Shown piece after piece: positions 52,354 to 62,722 of a stretch of DNA of 64,000 bases. Both the position numbers and the translations under genes were made by a program. This DNA is from a virus (taxonomy: Duplodnaviria > Heunggongvirae > Uroviricota > Caudoviricetes). Every line of letters begins with the position of its first letter. Position 1 is the first letter of the stretch. The DNA lies in IMG/VR virus record IMGVR_UViG_2875713109_000001. One strand, 5' to 3'. The notes under the pieces are model-generated. The model had not been told where the DNA came from, did no database searches, and saw nothing but the letters and a program-made list of their open reading frames with translations.

Positions 52354-53205
52354 TTATTGCGCGCTTTCGGGGTTGTCGTTTACTGGCTGCCCCTTCTTGG
52401 TTTTACGGCTGCGCGTAACTGATGCGGCTGACTTAACCTTTTTCTCTTCGCGAGTGATGGCAATTTGTTTTTTTACATTTTCAATATCTGCCAGGCGATA
52501 TATTTTTGCTTGTGGCCAGCGGTCGCAGATGATCGGTTCTATGGAGTCATAAAGGCTAAATTTTGCTTTTTCGAATTCACCGTTGATGATGATTCCATCA
52601 CGGAGAGTTTCATCGCAGATAAACACGCCACACAGCGGTACATGGTAACTAACTGATTTACCATCATTGTAGTTAGGGCTACTGGAGATGTAGTGGACGC
52701 GCAGCATTGTTTCGCTAAAGCCGTGTACACGCATACGGAATTTTTCATCCTCCGGGTACTGCCTCATTAGCTCTTTTGTTGCTTCCAGGTTCTCTATGTA
52801 TTTCGCACTGTGCTCATTGATCCCCGCGCTTTTTTGGATGCGAATGTCCTTATCAATCAGATGAATAATGCGGCCAGCGGTCATGTTGACGCTGTTCACA
52901 GCTTCTGTCTGATAAGTTGTAACCTTGCGCACACCGCGAAGGATGTTAGGCACTGGATATAAAATAGTCTTTGGGATATTGAGGTCTGGGTACTGTTCCA
53001 GTTCCCGCGCCATTAAAGTCCATTTATCAATTTCAGCCTGAATGCTGTCAGTTTCTTTGAACGGTAGAACGACAACCGGGCGTACAGGACGACCGTCGCT
53101 GGCTGTATCAACGTGTTGGGCGCGTGCAACAGCTTTTTTTAGAAAGAGATCCCTGAAGCTGACGAACTCCTGGTACAGTTGTTCGCCGTAGACATAATTT
53201 ATCAT
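52354..53205 (-). CDS. c1: C1 master repressor
   Basis: 283 aa as in P1 C1; GGAGGAGG SD; genome carries many copies of its operator motif. Confidence 0.9.
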   Translation of the reverse strand: MINYVYGEQLYQEFVSFRDLFLKKAVARAQHVDTASDGRPVRPVVVLPFKETDSIQAEIDKWTLMARELEQYPDLNIPKTILYPVPNILRGVRKVTTYQTEAVNSVNMTAGRIIHLIDKDIRIQKSAGINEHSAKYIENLEATKELMRQYPEDEKFRMRVHGFSETMLRVHYISSSPNYNDGKSVSYHVPLCGVFICDETLRDGIIINGEFEKAKFSLYDSIEPIICDRWPQAKIYRLADIENVKKQIAITREEKKVKSAASVTRSRKTKKGQPVNDNPESAQ

Positions 53206-53315
53206 TGATCCTCCTCCAGAATTGACATGGTCAATAACGCCCGGCTGAGAAAACCGGTCATTACTGACCTATATTATAGAGGGATCAAACAAAAATAATA
53301 GATTTATTAGTGCAT

Positions 53316-53525
53316 TTATTGTGAGTCTAACTGGTTAGTTGCCATGAGATATTCGATTGTGTCAGTGAGGTCATCCAGGTCGTCTTGGGTGATGCGGTAC
53401 TCCTGATTGGATATCTTTGAGTAGTGTTCAGCAATGGCGCGGGCAGCGTCGGTTTCGGCAGGGTCTACAGATAAAGCGTTAGAGCAATGTCTAACGTCGT
53501 CGATGGTTGGTTGAATGAAAGCCAT
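53316..53525 (-). CDS. coi: Coi (C1 inactivator)
   Basis: 69-aa ORF immediately upstream of c1 on same strand, size and position as P1 coi. Confidence 0.75.
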   Translation of the reverse strand: MAFIQPTIDDVRHCSNALSVDPAETDAARAIAEHYSKISNQEYRITQDDLDDLTDTIEYLMATNQLDSQ

Positions 53526-53763
53526 AATTATGCCTCACTGTATTGACAACACAGAGCCTGAAGCTCTGACCTACTGTTTCACCCATGATCCATGCTGGGG
53601 TAATCTAACAACATTGCGCTGTGTGTAAGATGAGCAATGCATAGCTGTAATGCCGTTGTATAAGGTTTCCCTGTTTGCTCATTTCCTTCTGAGCCGCTCT
53701 ACAACGCTGAAGACACATTAAATAGTGAATCCAAAGTCGTATTACGTAACGGCGGCAAAACTA

Positions 53764-53780
53764 TAATTTATTAGAGCAAT
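53764..53780 (-). promoter_or_regulatory. C1 operator-like site (immC)
   Basis: taatttattagagcaat, reverse complement of operator motif. Confidence 0.65.
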
Positions 53781-53846
53781 TGTCAAACAACTATGAAAAA
53801 CAATCCAGTTTTTAGCTGGTGGAGTGGGATTTTTCTCTCTAAATTT

Positions 53847-53863
53847 ATTGCTCTAATAATTAT
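53847..53863 (+). promoter_or_regulatory. C1 operator-like site (immC)
   Basis: attgctctaataattat. Confidence 0.65.
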
Positions 53864-53906
53864 TGATTTTTGTGCACAGCTGGACGTAAACTCCTCTTCG
53901 GACCTG

Positions 53907-53940
53907 ATAACTTCGTATAGCATACATTATACGAAGTTAT
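53907..53940. other. loxP site-specific recombination site
   Basis: Exact 34-bp ATAACTTCGTATA-GCATACAT-TATACGAAGTTAT. Confidence 0.97.
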
Positions 53941-54129
53941 CTTAAGGGTTATTGAACATGATCAATTTACCTGTAAATCCATACAGTTCAATACCTTATC
54001 AGGTCAAATAGTGATCACTTGATCATTTGATCAAGGTTGCGCTACGTAAAATCTGCGAAATGTTGGCAGTGTTAGTGCTCCAGATTTCGCGTAGCGCACT
54101 TAGCACCACCAATCAATCAGAGGTGAAAA

Positions 54130-54351
54130 ATGGGATATTCAGCTGCTAAAGTGTCCACTCATCTTGAGCTTGAGAAAAACCGTGGTTACTGGCGGGCAAA
54201 AGGGTTTGATCGTGATAGTTGTCAACTGTCATTATCGCGCGGTGAAGAGAAAATAGAACGCACGCGCGGTCGCTGGCGTTTCTATGACGAGAACCATAAA
54301 CAGGTAAAGGCAGAGCCGATCCTGTACACTTTACTTAAAACCATTATCTGA
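54130..54351 (+). CDS. hypothetical small basic protein (73 aa) between loxP and cre
   Basis: GAGGTGA SD 6 nt before ATG; ends 7 bp before cre start. Confidence 0.3.
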   Translation: MGYSAAKVSTHLELEKNRGYWRAKGFDRDSCQLSLSRGEEKIERTRGRWRFYDENHKQVKAEPILYTLLKTII

Positions 54352-54358
54352 GTGTTAA

Positions 54359-55390
54359 ATGTCCAATTTACTGACCGTACACCAAAATTTGCCTGCATTA
54401 CCGGTCGATGCAAGGAGTGATGAGGTTCGCAAGAACCTGATGGACATGTTCAGGGATCGCCAGGCGTTTTCTGAGCATACCTGGAAAATGCTTCTGTCCG
54501 TTTGCCGGTCGTGGGCGGCATGGTGCAAGTTGAATAACCGGAAATGGTTTCCCGCAGAACCTGAAGATGTTCGCGATTATCTTCTATATCTTCAGGCGCG
54601 CGGTCTGGCAGTAAAAACTATCCAGCAACATTTGGGCCAGCTAAACATGCTTCATCGTCGGTCCGGGCTGCCACGACCAAGTGACAGCAATGCTGTTTCA
54701 CTGGTTATGCGGCGGATTCGAAAAGAAAACGTTGATGCCGGTGAACGTGCAAAACAGGCATTGGCGTTCGAACGCACTGATTTCGACCAGGTTCGTTCAC
54801 TCATGGAAAATAGCGATCGCTGCCAGGATATACGGAATCTGGCATTTCTGGGGATTGCTTATAACACCCTGTTACGTATAGCCGAAATTGCCAGGATCAG
54901 GGTTAAAGATATCTCACGTACTGACGGTGGGAGAATGTTAATCCATATTGGCAGAACGAAAACGCTGGTTAGCACCGCAGGTGTAGAGAAGGCACTTAGC
55001 CTGGGGGTAACTAAACTGGTCGAGCGATGGATTTCTGTCTCTGGTGTGGCTGATGATCCGAATAACTACCTGTTTTGCCGTGTCAGAAAAAATGGTGTTG
55101 CCGCGCCATCTGCCACCAGCCAGCTATCAACTCGCGCTCTGGAAGGGATTTTTGAAGCAACTCATCGATTGATTTACGGCGCTAAGGATGACTCTGGGCA
55201 GAGATACCTGGCCTGGTCTGGACACAGTGCCCGTGTCGGAGCCGCGCGAGATATGGCCCGCGCCGGAGTTTCAATACCGGAGATCATGCAAGCTGGTGGC
55301 TGGACCAACGTAAATATTGTCATGAACTATATCCGTAACCTGGATAGTGAAACAGGGGCAATGGTGCGCCTGCTGGAAGATGGCGATTAG
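54359..55390 (+). CDS. cre: Cre tyrosine recombinase
   Basis: 343 aa, essentially identical to recalled Cre (MSNLLTVHQNLPALPVDA...MVRLLEDGD), one substitution noticed. Confidence 0.97.
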   Translation: MSNLLTVHQNLPALPVDARSDEVRKNLMDMFRDRQAFSEHTWKMLLSVCRSWAAWCKLNNRKWFPAEPEDVRDYLLYLQARGLAVKTIQQHLGQLNMLHRRSGLPRPSDSNAVSLVMRRIRKENVDAGERAKQALAFERTDFDQVRSLMENSDRCQDIRNLAFLGIAYNTLLRIAEIARIRVKDISRTDGGRMLIHIGRTKTLVSTAGVEKALSLGVTKLVERWISVSGVADDPNNYLFCRVRKNGVAAPSATSQLSTRALEGIFEATHRLIYGAKDDSGQRYLAWSGHSARVGAARDMARAGVSIPEIMQAGGWTNVNIVMNYIRNLDSETGAMVRLLEDGD

Positions 55391-55407
55391 CCATTAACGC
55401 GTAAATG

Positions 55408-55424
55408 ATTGCTCTAATTCTTTG
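55408..55424 (+). promoter_or_regulatory. C1 operator-like site
   Basis: attgctctaattctttg downstream of cre. Confidence 0.55.
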
Positions 55425-55440
55425 ATATTTATGGTGACAT

Positions 55441-55752
55441 ATGAGAAAGGATTTCAACATCGACGGAAAATATGTAGTGCTGTCTGTAAGCACTAATATT
55501 CAGTCGCCAGCCGTCATTGTCACTGTAAAGCTGAGCGATAGAATGCCTGATATTGATTCAATATCCGTTGCGTTCCCTGTCAAAAGTATGCGTGGTGCTG
55601 AACATTTCGTGATGAATGCCACCGAGGAAGAAGCACGGCGCGGTTTTGCTAAAGTGATGTCTGAGTTTGGCGAATTTTTGGGGCACGTTGACAAAGCCCT
55701 CTCAATCAGTTCAGCAAGGTCCAAAGCGTTAACAGCTTCCATGATGAAATAA
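55441..55752 (+). CDS. small protein downstream of cre (Cra-like)
   Basis: 103-aa ORF following an operator, in the position of P1 cra. Confidence 0.5.
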   Translation: MRKDFNIDGKYVVLSVSTNIQSPAVIVTVKLSDRMPDIDSISVAFPVKSMRGAEHFVMNATEEEARRGFAKVMSEFGEFLGHVDKALSISSARSKALTASMMK

Positions 55753-55883
55753 AAAAAGCCTGGCAAGGAGCCAGGCTGCACAAAAGAGCGGGTTTGTATT
55801 CCGCATCCAATCAATCAAGAAGGAGTATAGCACACAGGTACTGAAGTGAAAAAATGTGATTCGCGAGAAACAAAATATCTACC

Positions 55884-55913
55884 ATTGCTCTAATTGATTG
55901 CTATAATTGAGCC
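55884..55913 (+). promoter_or_regulatory. two overlapping C1 operator-like sites upstream of ref
   Basis: attgctctaattgattg and attgctataattgagcc. Confidence 0.6.
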
Positions 55914-55999
55914 GCAGTTTTTGTCAACTACGAAGACGTTGCCATTACTTCACTCCTTGACATCATAGGCGGCCATTAGGCCGCCTTTTTTTTGACCAT

Positions 56000-56560
56000 A
56001 TGAAAACAATCGAACAAAAAATTGAACAGTGCCGCAAGTGGCAGAAGGCAGCCAGAGAACGAGCGATCGCTCGGCAACGGGAGAAGTTGGCTGATCCGGT
56101 CTGGCGAGAATCTCAATATCAGAAAATGCGGAATACTATCGATCGCCGTATCGCTAAACAGAAAGAGCGCCCACCAGCCAGCAAAACGCGGAAAAGCGCG
56201 GTAAAAATAAAATCTCGTGACTTGAAGGGACGAACACCGACGGCGGAGGAACGGCGCATAGCCAATGCTCTTGGCGCTCTCCCCTGCATTGCCTGCTATA
56301 TGCATGAAGTAATATCTGAAGAGGTGTCTCTGCACCATATCTCCGGTCGTACCGCGCCTGGTTGTCACAAAAAGCAATTGCCACTTTGTAGATGGCACCA
56401 CCAGCATGCAGCACCGGCTGAAGTAAGAGAAAAATACCCCTGGCTGGTCCCTGTTCATGCCGATGGTGTGGTTGGAGGCAAGAAAGAATTCACCTTGCTG
56501 AACAAGTCAGAGATGGAGTTGCTGGCTGACGCCTATGAAATGGCAAACATCATGCACTAA
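56000..56560 (+). CDS. ref: Ref recombination enhancement protein (HNH nuclease)
   Basis: 186 aa as in P1 Ref; Cys/His-rich HNH-like core CIACYMHE...HHISGRTAPGCHKK...CRWHHQH. Confidence 0.85.
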   Translation: MKTIEQKIEQCRKWQKAARERAIARQREKLADPVWRESQYQKMRNTIDRRIAKQKERPPASKTRKSAVKIKSRDLKGRTPTAEERRIANALGALPCIACYMHEVISEEVSLHHISGRTAPGCHKKQLPLCRWHHQHAAPAEVREKYPWLVPVHADGVVGGKKEFTLLNKSEMELLADAYEMANIMH

Positions 56561-56749
56561 TAAATATATTATTTTTAATCTTAAATGATTGACAACTGAC
56601 AAGTGACTTGAGTCAGAATCATCACACGCCCGGTACGGATGGATCCCTTTTCAAATATTCCATGGACGGCACAGTCTGAGTACCGGGCGCTACCTTCTGT
56701 TGTATTGCTAAGCCGCCGCTGGTGGCTTTTCTTTTTTGTAGGGGGCGCT

Positions 56750-57391
56750 ATGGATAAGAAAATATGCGTTGTTTCAATGAGCGTCGGCAAACCGGCGTCA
56801 ATGACTGCTGCATGGATCAACAATGAGCTGATAATGGCTGAGCGGACCAGCTACCCTGAACGCCGCCGCGATATGGAACTCCAGCTGCTGCGCGAATTGC
56901 GAGAAAAAGAGGAAAAGGGTTTTATCGTGCTGGTGGAAGAGGAAAACAGCTTTATTACCGGTCGAGTTGGCCAGCGTGTAAGGTTGCGTGATCCCTTCAT
57001 GAACGGTAGACCGGTACTGATTGAAGCAATGCAGATTTACAAGGAATTGGAACGCCAGAAAGCGATCAAGTTACCGCGCAAGGAATCCGGCAAATACATC
57101 CTCCACCAAAGCATCTTCGATTCCGAACATGACAAAAAAGGCGATGAATTTTTCAACATCAACTGGAGCGAAATAACGACAGAGCACGTTCTGACGTTGT
57201 TATGCTGCTTCGCAACGGAATACAACAACGTTGCAAACTCCGACTACATCAGGGCAATGGCTGGAGAAGTTGAGCCACGCCAGGAACCATCGTTACTAAG
57301 CCCACTGATTAACATAATTCGCGGCACACAGAGACTTGCGGAAAAAAGCGTTCCACATGGAATCTTAACTGGAAAGGGAAACTATTTTTAA
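56750..57391 (+). CDS. mat: Mat-like protein (tentative)
   Basis: ORF between ref and res as P1 mat; ATG 56750 preferred over upstream track start. Confidence 0.5.
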   Translation: MDKKICVVSMSVGKPASMTAAWINNELIMAERTSYPERRRDMELQLLRELREKEEKGFIVLVEEENSFITGRVGQRVRLRDPFMNGRPVLIEAMQIYKELERQKAIKLPRKESGKYILHQSIFDSEHDKKGDEFFNINWSEITTEHVLTLLCCFATEYNNVANSDYIRAMAGEVEPRQEPSLLSPLINIIRGTQRLAEKSVPHGILTGKGNYF

Positions 57392-57432
57392 CGACCTGAG
57401 CGCCACTTCTTTCAGGTCGTGTTGGATGTCAT

Positions 57433-57457
57433 AAAAAGGAGGTTTTCACCTCCTTTT
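57433..57457. terminator. bidirectional terminator between mat and res
   Basis: aaaaaggagg-ttttca-cctcctttt. Confidence 0.55.
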
Positions 57458-57466
57458 AAACTGGAA

Positions 57467-60379
57467 TTATGGTAATGCGCTCTTGATTAACTGATAAATA
57501 TCATCATTAGCAAACTGCGTTTTGAATTCAACTTTAACAGACTGACTTATTTGATTGAAAAGCGCCTGGGCATGTTCAATTTTCTTTTTTTCTTCAAGCC
57601 GTAAACTATCCTTACTATCTACGTTTTTTGTTTCAATGATAAAGTTAAGATAATCACCTTCTGCTGTTTTTACAACATAAGCAAAATCGGGTGAGTAAGT
57701 GTATCCACCAGCTACCGGGATCTTAATAGAATTCTTCGGTATCTTTGAAAAAACAACAACAGACTGGATCTCTCTATCTGTTATATTACGCCTTTCAAGC
57801 TCTGAATCATAAAAAACCTCTTCAAAAAGATAAGTATCTAATGGTGCTTTTGAATTATCCTGTAATACACCAAGATCACTTGATAATACCTCGTCTAGAG
57901 GCTTACCATCAGCATTTGTGAACTTTGTGGGATGAATTGAACCCGAAATCAAATTATATCCGAGGCTGAATTTGTTAAACGAATTGTTCAACAAATACTT
58001 ACTAAAACCAGATTTAATTTTTCTGATTGTTTGAATATTCAGGTATTCAGTGATATTAATAGTGTCTTTTATATCACAAAAAACTTTATGTAAAGTATCG
58101 TGTTTAACAAAAATAGTCTGTGATAAGTTATCGAGAAACTCTCGATAACTCATTGTGTTTAGCTTAGCAAAGTCATCGTCATCACTAACAATGCTTTTCG
58201 ACATTGCCATATCATTGTGGATGTAAATTTTATCAATGCGAGTATGAACGCCTGATTTGGTAAATCGTTCTGTTTCTTCGAGCATGAATGACTTGAAAAT
58301 GGATAAAAACTCATTTTCACTGTTTATTTTGTACTCAATCACCGCTTTTTGATTGATTAATTCCCATAGTTCTTTCAGCTCACTGAACTTACCAACACGC
58401 ATTTTAGTGCGTCTTTTTCCATCAGTAGCTTTTTTGATTTTACCTGGTTTCACTCCTATAGGGAATGCTGCTGGATATTTGGATTTTAAGCGGCTGTAGG
58501 CATCTGAATCTTTGAAATTATCATTTTCATCAATGATTTCATCATTGAAAAGTTCATTCATTAGTGCTCTGGATGAAAGCTCAGGATACTGAGCCCTGAT
58601 TTGTTCCTTAAGCTCTTGAGTAAACTTACTTGGAACCCTTTCTTTGAAAGAACTCTCATTGACCTCTTTAACAAGTGAGTCAACAAAATCCTTTTCTGTA
58701 AAATCGACATAATATTTAAGGGTAAAATTGCGGTCTTTCACTCGACACATGTATTCATTCACAGGAAGACGCAAACCGCGCCCTACCTCTTGAAGCTTGG
58801 ATGTGGTACTACCGCTCGAACGGAGCTTACAGATCTGAAAGACATTAGGATTATCCCATCCCTCACGCAACGTCCATTTGGAGAAAATGAAACGACGTGG
58901 ATTATCTAAAGACAGCAAAAGCTCTTTGTCATGAAGGATTTCGTTGATTTCCTTCTCGATTTTATCATCCTTATCACTGTTATCTTTTGAAAAATAACCG
59001 CCATGAACGGAAGATATATCTTTAACTGTTTTTTCAAGATAGTTACTATAAAACTCATCTTTTTCTATTTTTAACAGTTCATTAGCTTCTGCCAAAACAT
59101 ATTCTTCGAACTTAGCTTTCAAACTTCCGGCAATATTATTACCGTCACGATAACCTTCAATATCATCAATAAAGAAAAGAGTAAGAGGCTTTATGCGTGG
59201 CCTTTGTGTCAGAAACTCTTTTTCTAACTTAAAGTGTTCTTTGATAGCTTTCCTCATCATGCTGTCAGCAAGTGTCTGATCGTAAGAATAGGGGTTTATT
59301 GAGCAACCAATTTTTAGCTCAATACCATTACTCAACACTACTGTATTCTTGCCTAAGGCATCAAGAGTTAAATCGTGAATAGCACTATGTGTCTTAGATA
59401 GAGATTCACCTTTTGTTAACTTAAATAAAGTTTTCTTGTTATTTTCATTTAGCTCAAATGTAACTTCTTCCCCATCAGATTTAATGAACTTTAGGTTGGC
59501 GTCACCATCACCAACAATATCCTCAATGTACGCATCAATACCTTTAACAAGGTCTTCATTAAATGCATCCACAGCTGTAAGTCGATAAACTAAATTCTTA
59601 TAGCCTTCACTAAAGGTCGCACCGTAGCGGATAATATATTGAGCATTAAACTTCTCTATATTTTCCCATGTCTTTTTACCAGTAGGAAATTTATGTGGTT
59701 CATCAATGATAATGAATGGTTTTACCGCACCAAGAGCTGAAAAGGGAGAATCAAAATGATTGTCAAGCAAGCCAACATCATAAGTGGAATTTAAATTCTT
59801 AGAGTGAATCATTCCCGTGTTAATAACAAGAACGTGTATATATTTCTTATTGAAATTACTAGCTTCAACAAAATCATGTATAGCTTGAGGCATATACGAT
59901 TTTGTGCTTTTACCGGCATTTTTCTGACTTTCAACAACGTAAGTCTTTATTTCACGCTCATAATCATCTCTAAAGTGTTCTTTTAACGCATCGCTTTTCA
60001 AAAAGTTCACTGTTCCAGCTTTGATCGATAGAGTAGGAACAATAATGATAAACTTATTAATGCCAAATGATTTGTTCAGATCAAAAATTGTTTTAGTGTA
60101 GGTATACGTTTTACCTGTACCTGTCTCCATAGAAACATCGATTACGTTGCTTCCAGCATCGTAATTATTTTTTACATGTTCAATACCATTGAGTTCCTGA
60201 ACTTTTTTTATATTTTTATAGTATTGCTGTTCAGTAAGCCGTAATTCTGGATTAACTAACAGGCGAATAGAAACATTATCCTCCTGATGAGATGTCGCGG
60301 AAACAAAAACGTTCATCACCGCATCGACACCTGCTTTCTGATGCGGTAAGTTCTTTTCGAATGTGAACCCTTTTGACAT
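57467..60379 (-). CDS. res: type III restriction enzyme Res subunit
   Basis: 970 aa as in EcoP1I Res; helicase motifs METGTGKTYTY (Walker A) and IIIDEPHKF (DEAH-like); AT-rich. Confidence 0.9.
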   Translation of the reverse strand: MSKGFTFEKNLPHQKAGVDAVMNVFVSATSHQEDNVSIRLLVNPELRLTEQQYYKNIKKVQELNGIEHVKNNYDAGSNVIDVSMETGTGKTYTYTKTIFDLNKSFGINKFIIIVPTLSIKAGTVNFLKSDALKEHFRDDYEREIKTYVVESQKNAGKSTKSYMPQAIHDFVEASNFNKKYIHVLVINTGMIHSKNLNSTYDVGLLDNHFDSPFSALGAVKPFIIIDEPHKFPTGKKTWENIEKFNAQYIIRYGATFSEGYKNLVYRLTAVDAFNEDLVKGIDAYIEDIVGDGDANLKFIKSDGEEVTFELNENNKKTLFKLTKGESLSKTHSAIHDLTLDALGKNTVVLSNGIELKIGCSINPYSYDQTLADSMMRKAIKEHFKLEKEFLTQRPRIKPLTLFFIDDIEGYRDGNNIAGSLKAKFEEYVLAEANELLKIEKDEFYSNYLEKTVKDISSVHGGYFSKDNSDKDDKIEKEINEILHDKELLLSLDNPRRFIFSKWTLREGWDNPNVFQICKLRSSGSTTSKLQEVGRGLRLPVNEYMCRVKDRNFTLKYYVDFTEKDFVDSLVKEVNESSFKERVPSKFTQELKEQIRAQYPELSSRALMNELFNDEIIDENDNFKDSDAYSRLKSKYPAAFPIGVKPGKIKKATDGKRRTKMRVGKFSELKELWELINQKAVIEYKINSENEFLSIFKSFMLEETERFTKSGVHTRIDKIYIHNDMAMSKSIVSDDDDFAKLNTMSYREFLDNLSQTIFVKHDTLHKVFCDIKDTINITEYLNIQTIRKIKSGFSKYLLNNSFNKFSLGYNLISGSIHPTKFTNADGKPLDEVLSSDLGVLQDNSKAPLDTYLFEEVFYDSELERRNITDREIQSVVVFSKIPKNSIKIPVAGGYTYSPDFAYVVKTAEGDYLNFIIETKNVDSKDSLRLEEKKKIEHAQALFNQISQSVKVEFKTQFANDDIYQLIKSALP

Positions 60380-60381
60380 GA

Positions 60382-62322
60382 TTAGTTCCTTACCACTAAA
60401 TCTAACTCAATAGATTTTTTGTTAGCATAACTTTTTAGCGCCTCATTAAGCTCCCTTTGTTTTGCACTTTCAAAGTTACAACCATAAAACACGACTTTGT
60501 TTGGGGCAAAATCTTCATCTGAATCCAGCTTTTGGAGCAACGCTTTCAATGCTTCGCTAGTAAAATTAGGTGCAATCAAATACAGACGGCCATTGCAAAA
60601 GTGTGCTGTATAGCCACTAAGATCAACATCTTCAATAGGTGTTGTTAACAAGCTACCATCATATACACACCATGTAGTCAATAGGGCATCATACTGTTCA
60701 GGCGTTAATACCGCATCATCAAAGAATGTATGATTAGTGAGCGTAAGTTCAGACTCAACTTTTGCTCTAAAGTCATCAATAGTATGAATCACTTTGAAAC
60801 CTATTTTAGCCGCATTATCACTTGTGGTTGTGCTTTTTTTAAATACCTCCTGTATCCTTTTTTTTGTTATTTCAAAAATAGATCTATAGCCAAGAGAATA
60901 GGCATTCTTTGTTTTATTTATAACTTCATCTTTTTGTATGCATATAAAATTCCTACAGCCTGAATCTTTTTCATTTAAATATGCAACAGCTTCTGCTGTC
61001 GTACCAGAGCCAGCAAAAAAGTCAAGAACTAATGAATCCTTTTTTGTTCCTATTTTTACAAGATCGGTTATAAGAGGAACAGGTTTTGGTCCTTCAAATA
61101 ATTTTGCACCTAAAAGATTTTTAAGCTCAGTTGTCGCCGTGCTTGTACTATATTCAGGTTTATACCAAATTGATTTTGGCTTTTTAGTTGGTAGCTCTCC
61201 AAGAGCAGGCCGCTGTTTTTTATAGATATTTTTACCATCTTTTATATCTATTACTATTAGATTATAAAACTCATCATTTATTTTTTTCTTTCCCCACGAC
61301 CATGAAAGCTCTTCACCCGTAGGGCTTACTGGGTAAAGTACATAGTCATCTTCGTTAAGAGGTTTATCATCATCTGTTACATAAACCTTATTTTCTGAAT
61401 TGATGAATACCGGAAACCAACCTTTTGGTCTTGATTTTCTAGAAGCATCTTGGCCAGTACGCTTTAATGTATCAGCTCTTTTAAATAGCCCATATTCATC
61501 TTCATCCCACTCTTTTTCAACTTCACTTTCATCAATATCGAATTGCCCCAAACTACAAACATCTTTGTTTTTAGCGTATACATATATATATTCATGCGTA
61601 TCTGAAAAGCCAAAGTTATCATGATTGCCTTTGAGATTCATGATTGTAGGGAGTTTTGCAACAAAATTACCTTGCCCAAATACTTCGTCGCATAATAATC
61701 CCAACTGTTTATCTTCGTTATCGTCTATGGAGATGAATATTACTCCATCCTCTTTTAAAAGTTCACGTGCAATATAAAGACGAGGATAAATGAATGTCAG
61801 CCATGCACTATGACTGCTTGAACCCTTGGTGGTAAATTCAAGTATGCGGTTAGCCTCATCAAGCTCGATACCTGCCAGTTCAGAAAGCTGTTCTGGTGTA
61901 AACTTGCGATCATCGTTATAGACGAATCCATCTTTACCCGTATTGTATGGTGGGTCAATGTAAATCATATTCACCTTTTCAGCATAAGCATTAACCATAT
62001 GCTTCAATACTTCGAGGTTATCCCCTTTGATTAACAGGTTTTGACTGTTCTTGTTCTCTTCTTGTTGGTTATGTGTTTTATCTTCTGCCAACAACGTTTT
62101 CGGTGGTAGATTGGCCAACAAACGGGCATAAGATTTACCCAGCCAGTTTAAACTGTATGATTCTTTAGAGAGTTCAACCTCCGATGCTCTAATAATCTCA
62201 AGCAATTTTTCTTGAATGAAGGCTCCGTTTTTATCAAAACACTGTGGGAAATTAGCTTTCAACACAGCCAGTTGCTTGCTGTTAGCCGTTTCTACTTCGG
62301 AAAAAATCGTTTCTTTTTTCAT
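60382..62322 (-). CDS. mod: type III modification methyltransferase Mod subunit
   Basis: N6-adenine MTase DPPY (IYIDPPYNTGKD) and FxGxG (VLDFFAGSGTTAEA); start at MKKETIF gives 646 aa (track ORF begins 21 nt upstream). Confidence 0.9.
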   Translation of the reverse strand: MKKETIFSEVETANSKQLAVLKANFPQCFDKNGAFIQEKLLEIIRASEVELSKESYSLNWLGKSYARLLANLPPKTLLAEDKTHNQQEENKNSQNLLIKGDNLEVLKHMVNAYAEKVNMIYIDPPYNTGKDGFVYNDDRKFTPEQLSELAGIELDEANRILEFTTKGSSSHSAWLTFIYPRLYIARELLKEDGVIFISIDDNEDKQLGLLCDEVFGQGNFVAKLPTIMNLKGNHDNFGFSDTHEYIYVYAKNKDVCSLGQFDIDESEVEKEWDEDEYGLFKRADTLKRTGQDASRKSRPKGWFPVFINSENKVYVTDDDKPLNEDDYVLYPVSPTGEELSWSWGKKKINDEFYNLIVIDIKDGKNIYKKQRPALGELPTKKPKSIWYKPEYSTSTATTELKNLLGAKLFEGPKPVPLITDLVKIGTKKDSLVLDFFAGSGTTAEAVAYLNEKDSGCRNFICIQKDEVINKTKNAYSLGYRSIFEITKKRIQEVFKKSTTTSDNAAKIGFKVIHTIDDFRAKVESELTLTNHTFFDDAVLTPEQYDALLTTWCVYDGSLLTTPIEDVDLSGYTAHFCNGRLYLIAPNFTSEALKALLQKLDSDEDFAPNKVVFYGCNFESAKQRELNEALKSYANKKSIELDLVVRN

Positions 62323-62473
62323 ATCCATTTTAAACCAGATCATTTAGCAACAAAGCGCCGCCTCCCCAGCCCGTTAGAGCCAGAAGTTGTGGCACTATCA
62401 CTATCTATATGTTTGAAGAATCGTGCTTCTTTGAGCGATGCTCGGTGAGCAAACAGCCATAATTTGGGGAAGT

Positions 62474-62722
62474 TTAATCCGCATTGAGAAGCAATGCATT
62501 ATCTATGATGATCTGCTCCCATTCTTCGAATGCCCGGTCACGGACGCCCTGGGGAACGCTGTTAGTTTTGAAATCGACGACCGTACGCCATTTCCCGTCC
62601 GGACGGTACATGCGCAGAGCTTTACTTCCCCCTTCCCTGCGCACCTCAACGTTATGCTTATCAGCAAACTCTTGTAATGCTCGTAGCGTCCCATGCTTTA
62701 CTGTGTAGTATCGCTTTTTCAA
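62474..62722 (-). CDS. lxc: Lxc/Bof-like C1 corepressor
   Basis: 82-aa ORF directly upstream of mod, matching size and position of P1 lxc. Confidence 0.65.
   Translation of the reverse strand: MKKRYYTVKHGTLRALQEFADKHNVEVRREGGSKALRMYRPDGKWRTVVDFKTNSVPQGVRDRAFEEWEQIIIDNALLLNAD

Noticed and set aside
54359-55390. Tyrosine recombinase as evidence for an integrated prophage with att sites
   Set aside because: It is Cre next to an exact loxP, in a replicon that carries its own repA/par and lytic replicon; this is a plasmid prophage resolution system, not an integration module
57392-57466. Searched for an IS1 or other insertion sequence between mat and res, where reference P1 carries one
   Set aside because: Only a 75-bp intergenic terminator region is present; no transposase ORF or terminal inverted repeats anywhere in the window
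59804-61624. Short plus-strand ORFs antisense to res and mod
   Set aside because: AT-rich antisense frames with Phe/Ile/Asn-rich low-complexity products and no RBS; res/mod coding on the minus strand is unambiguous
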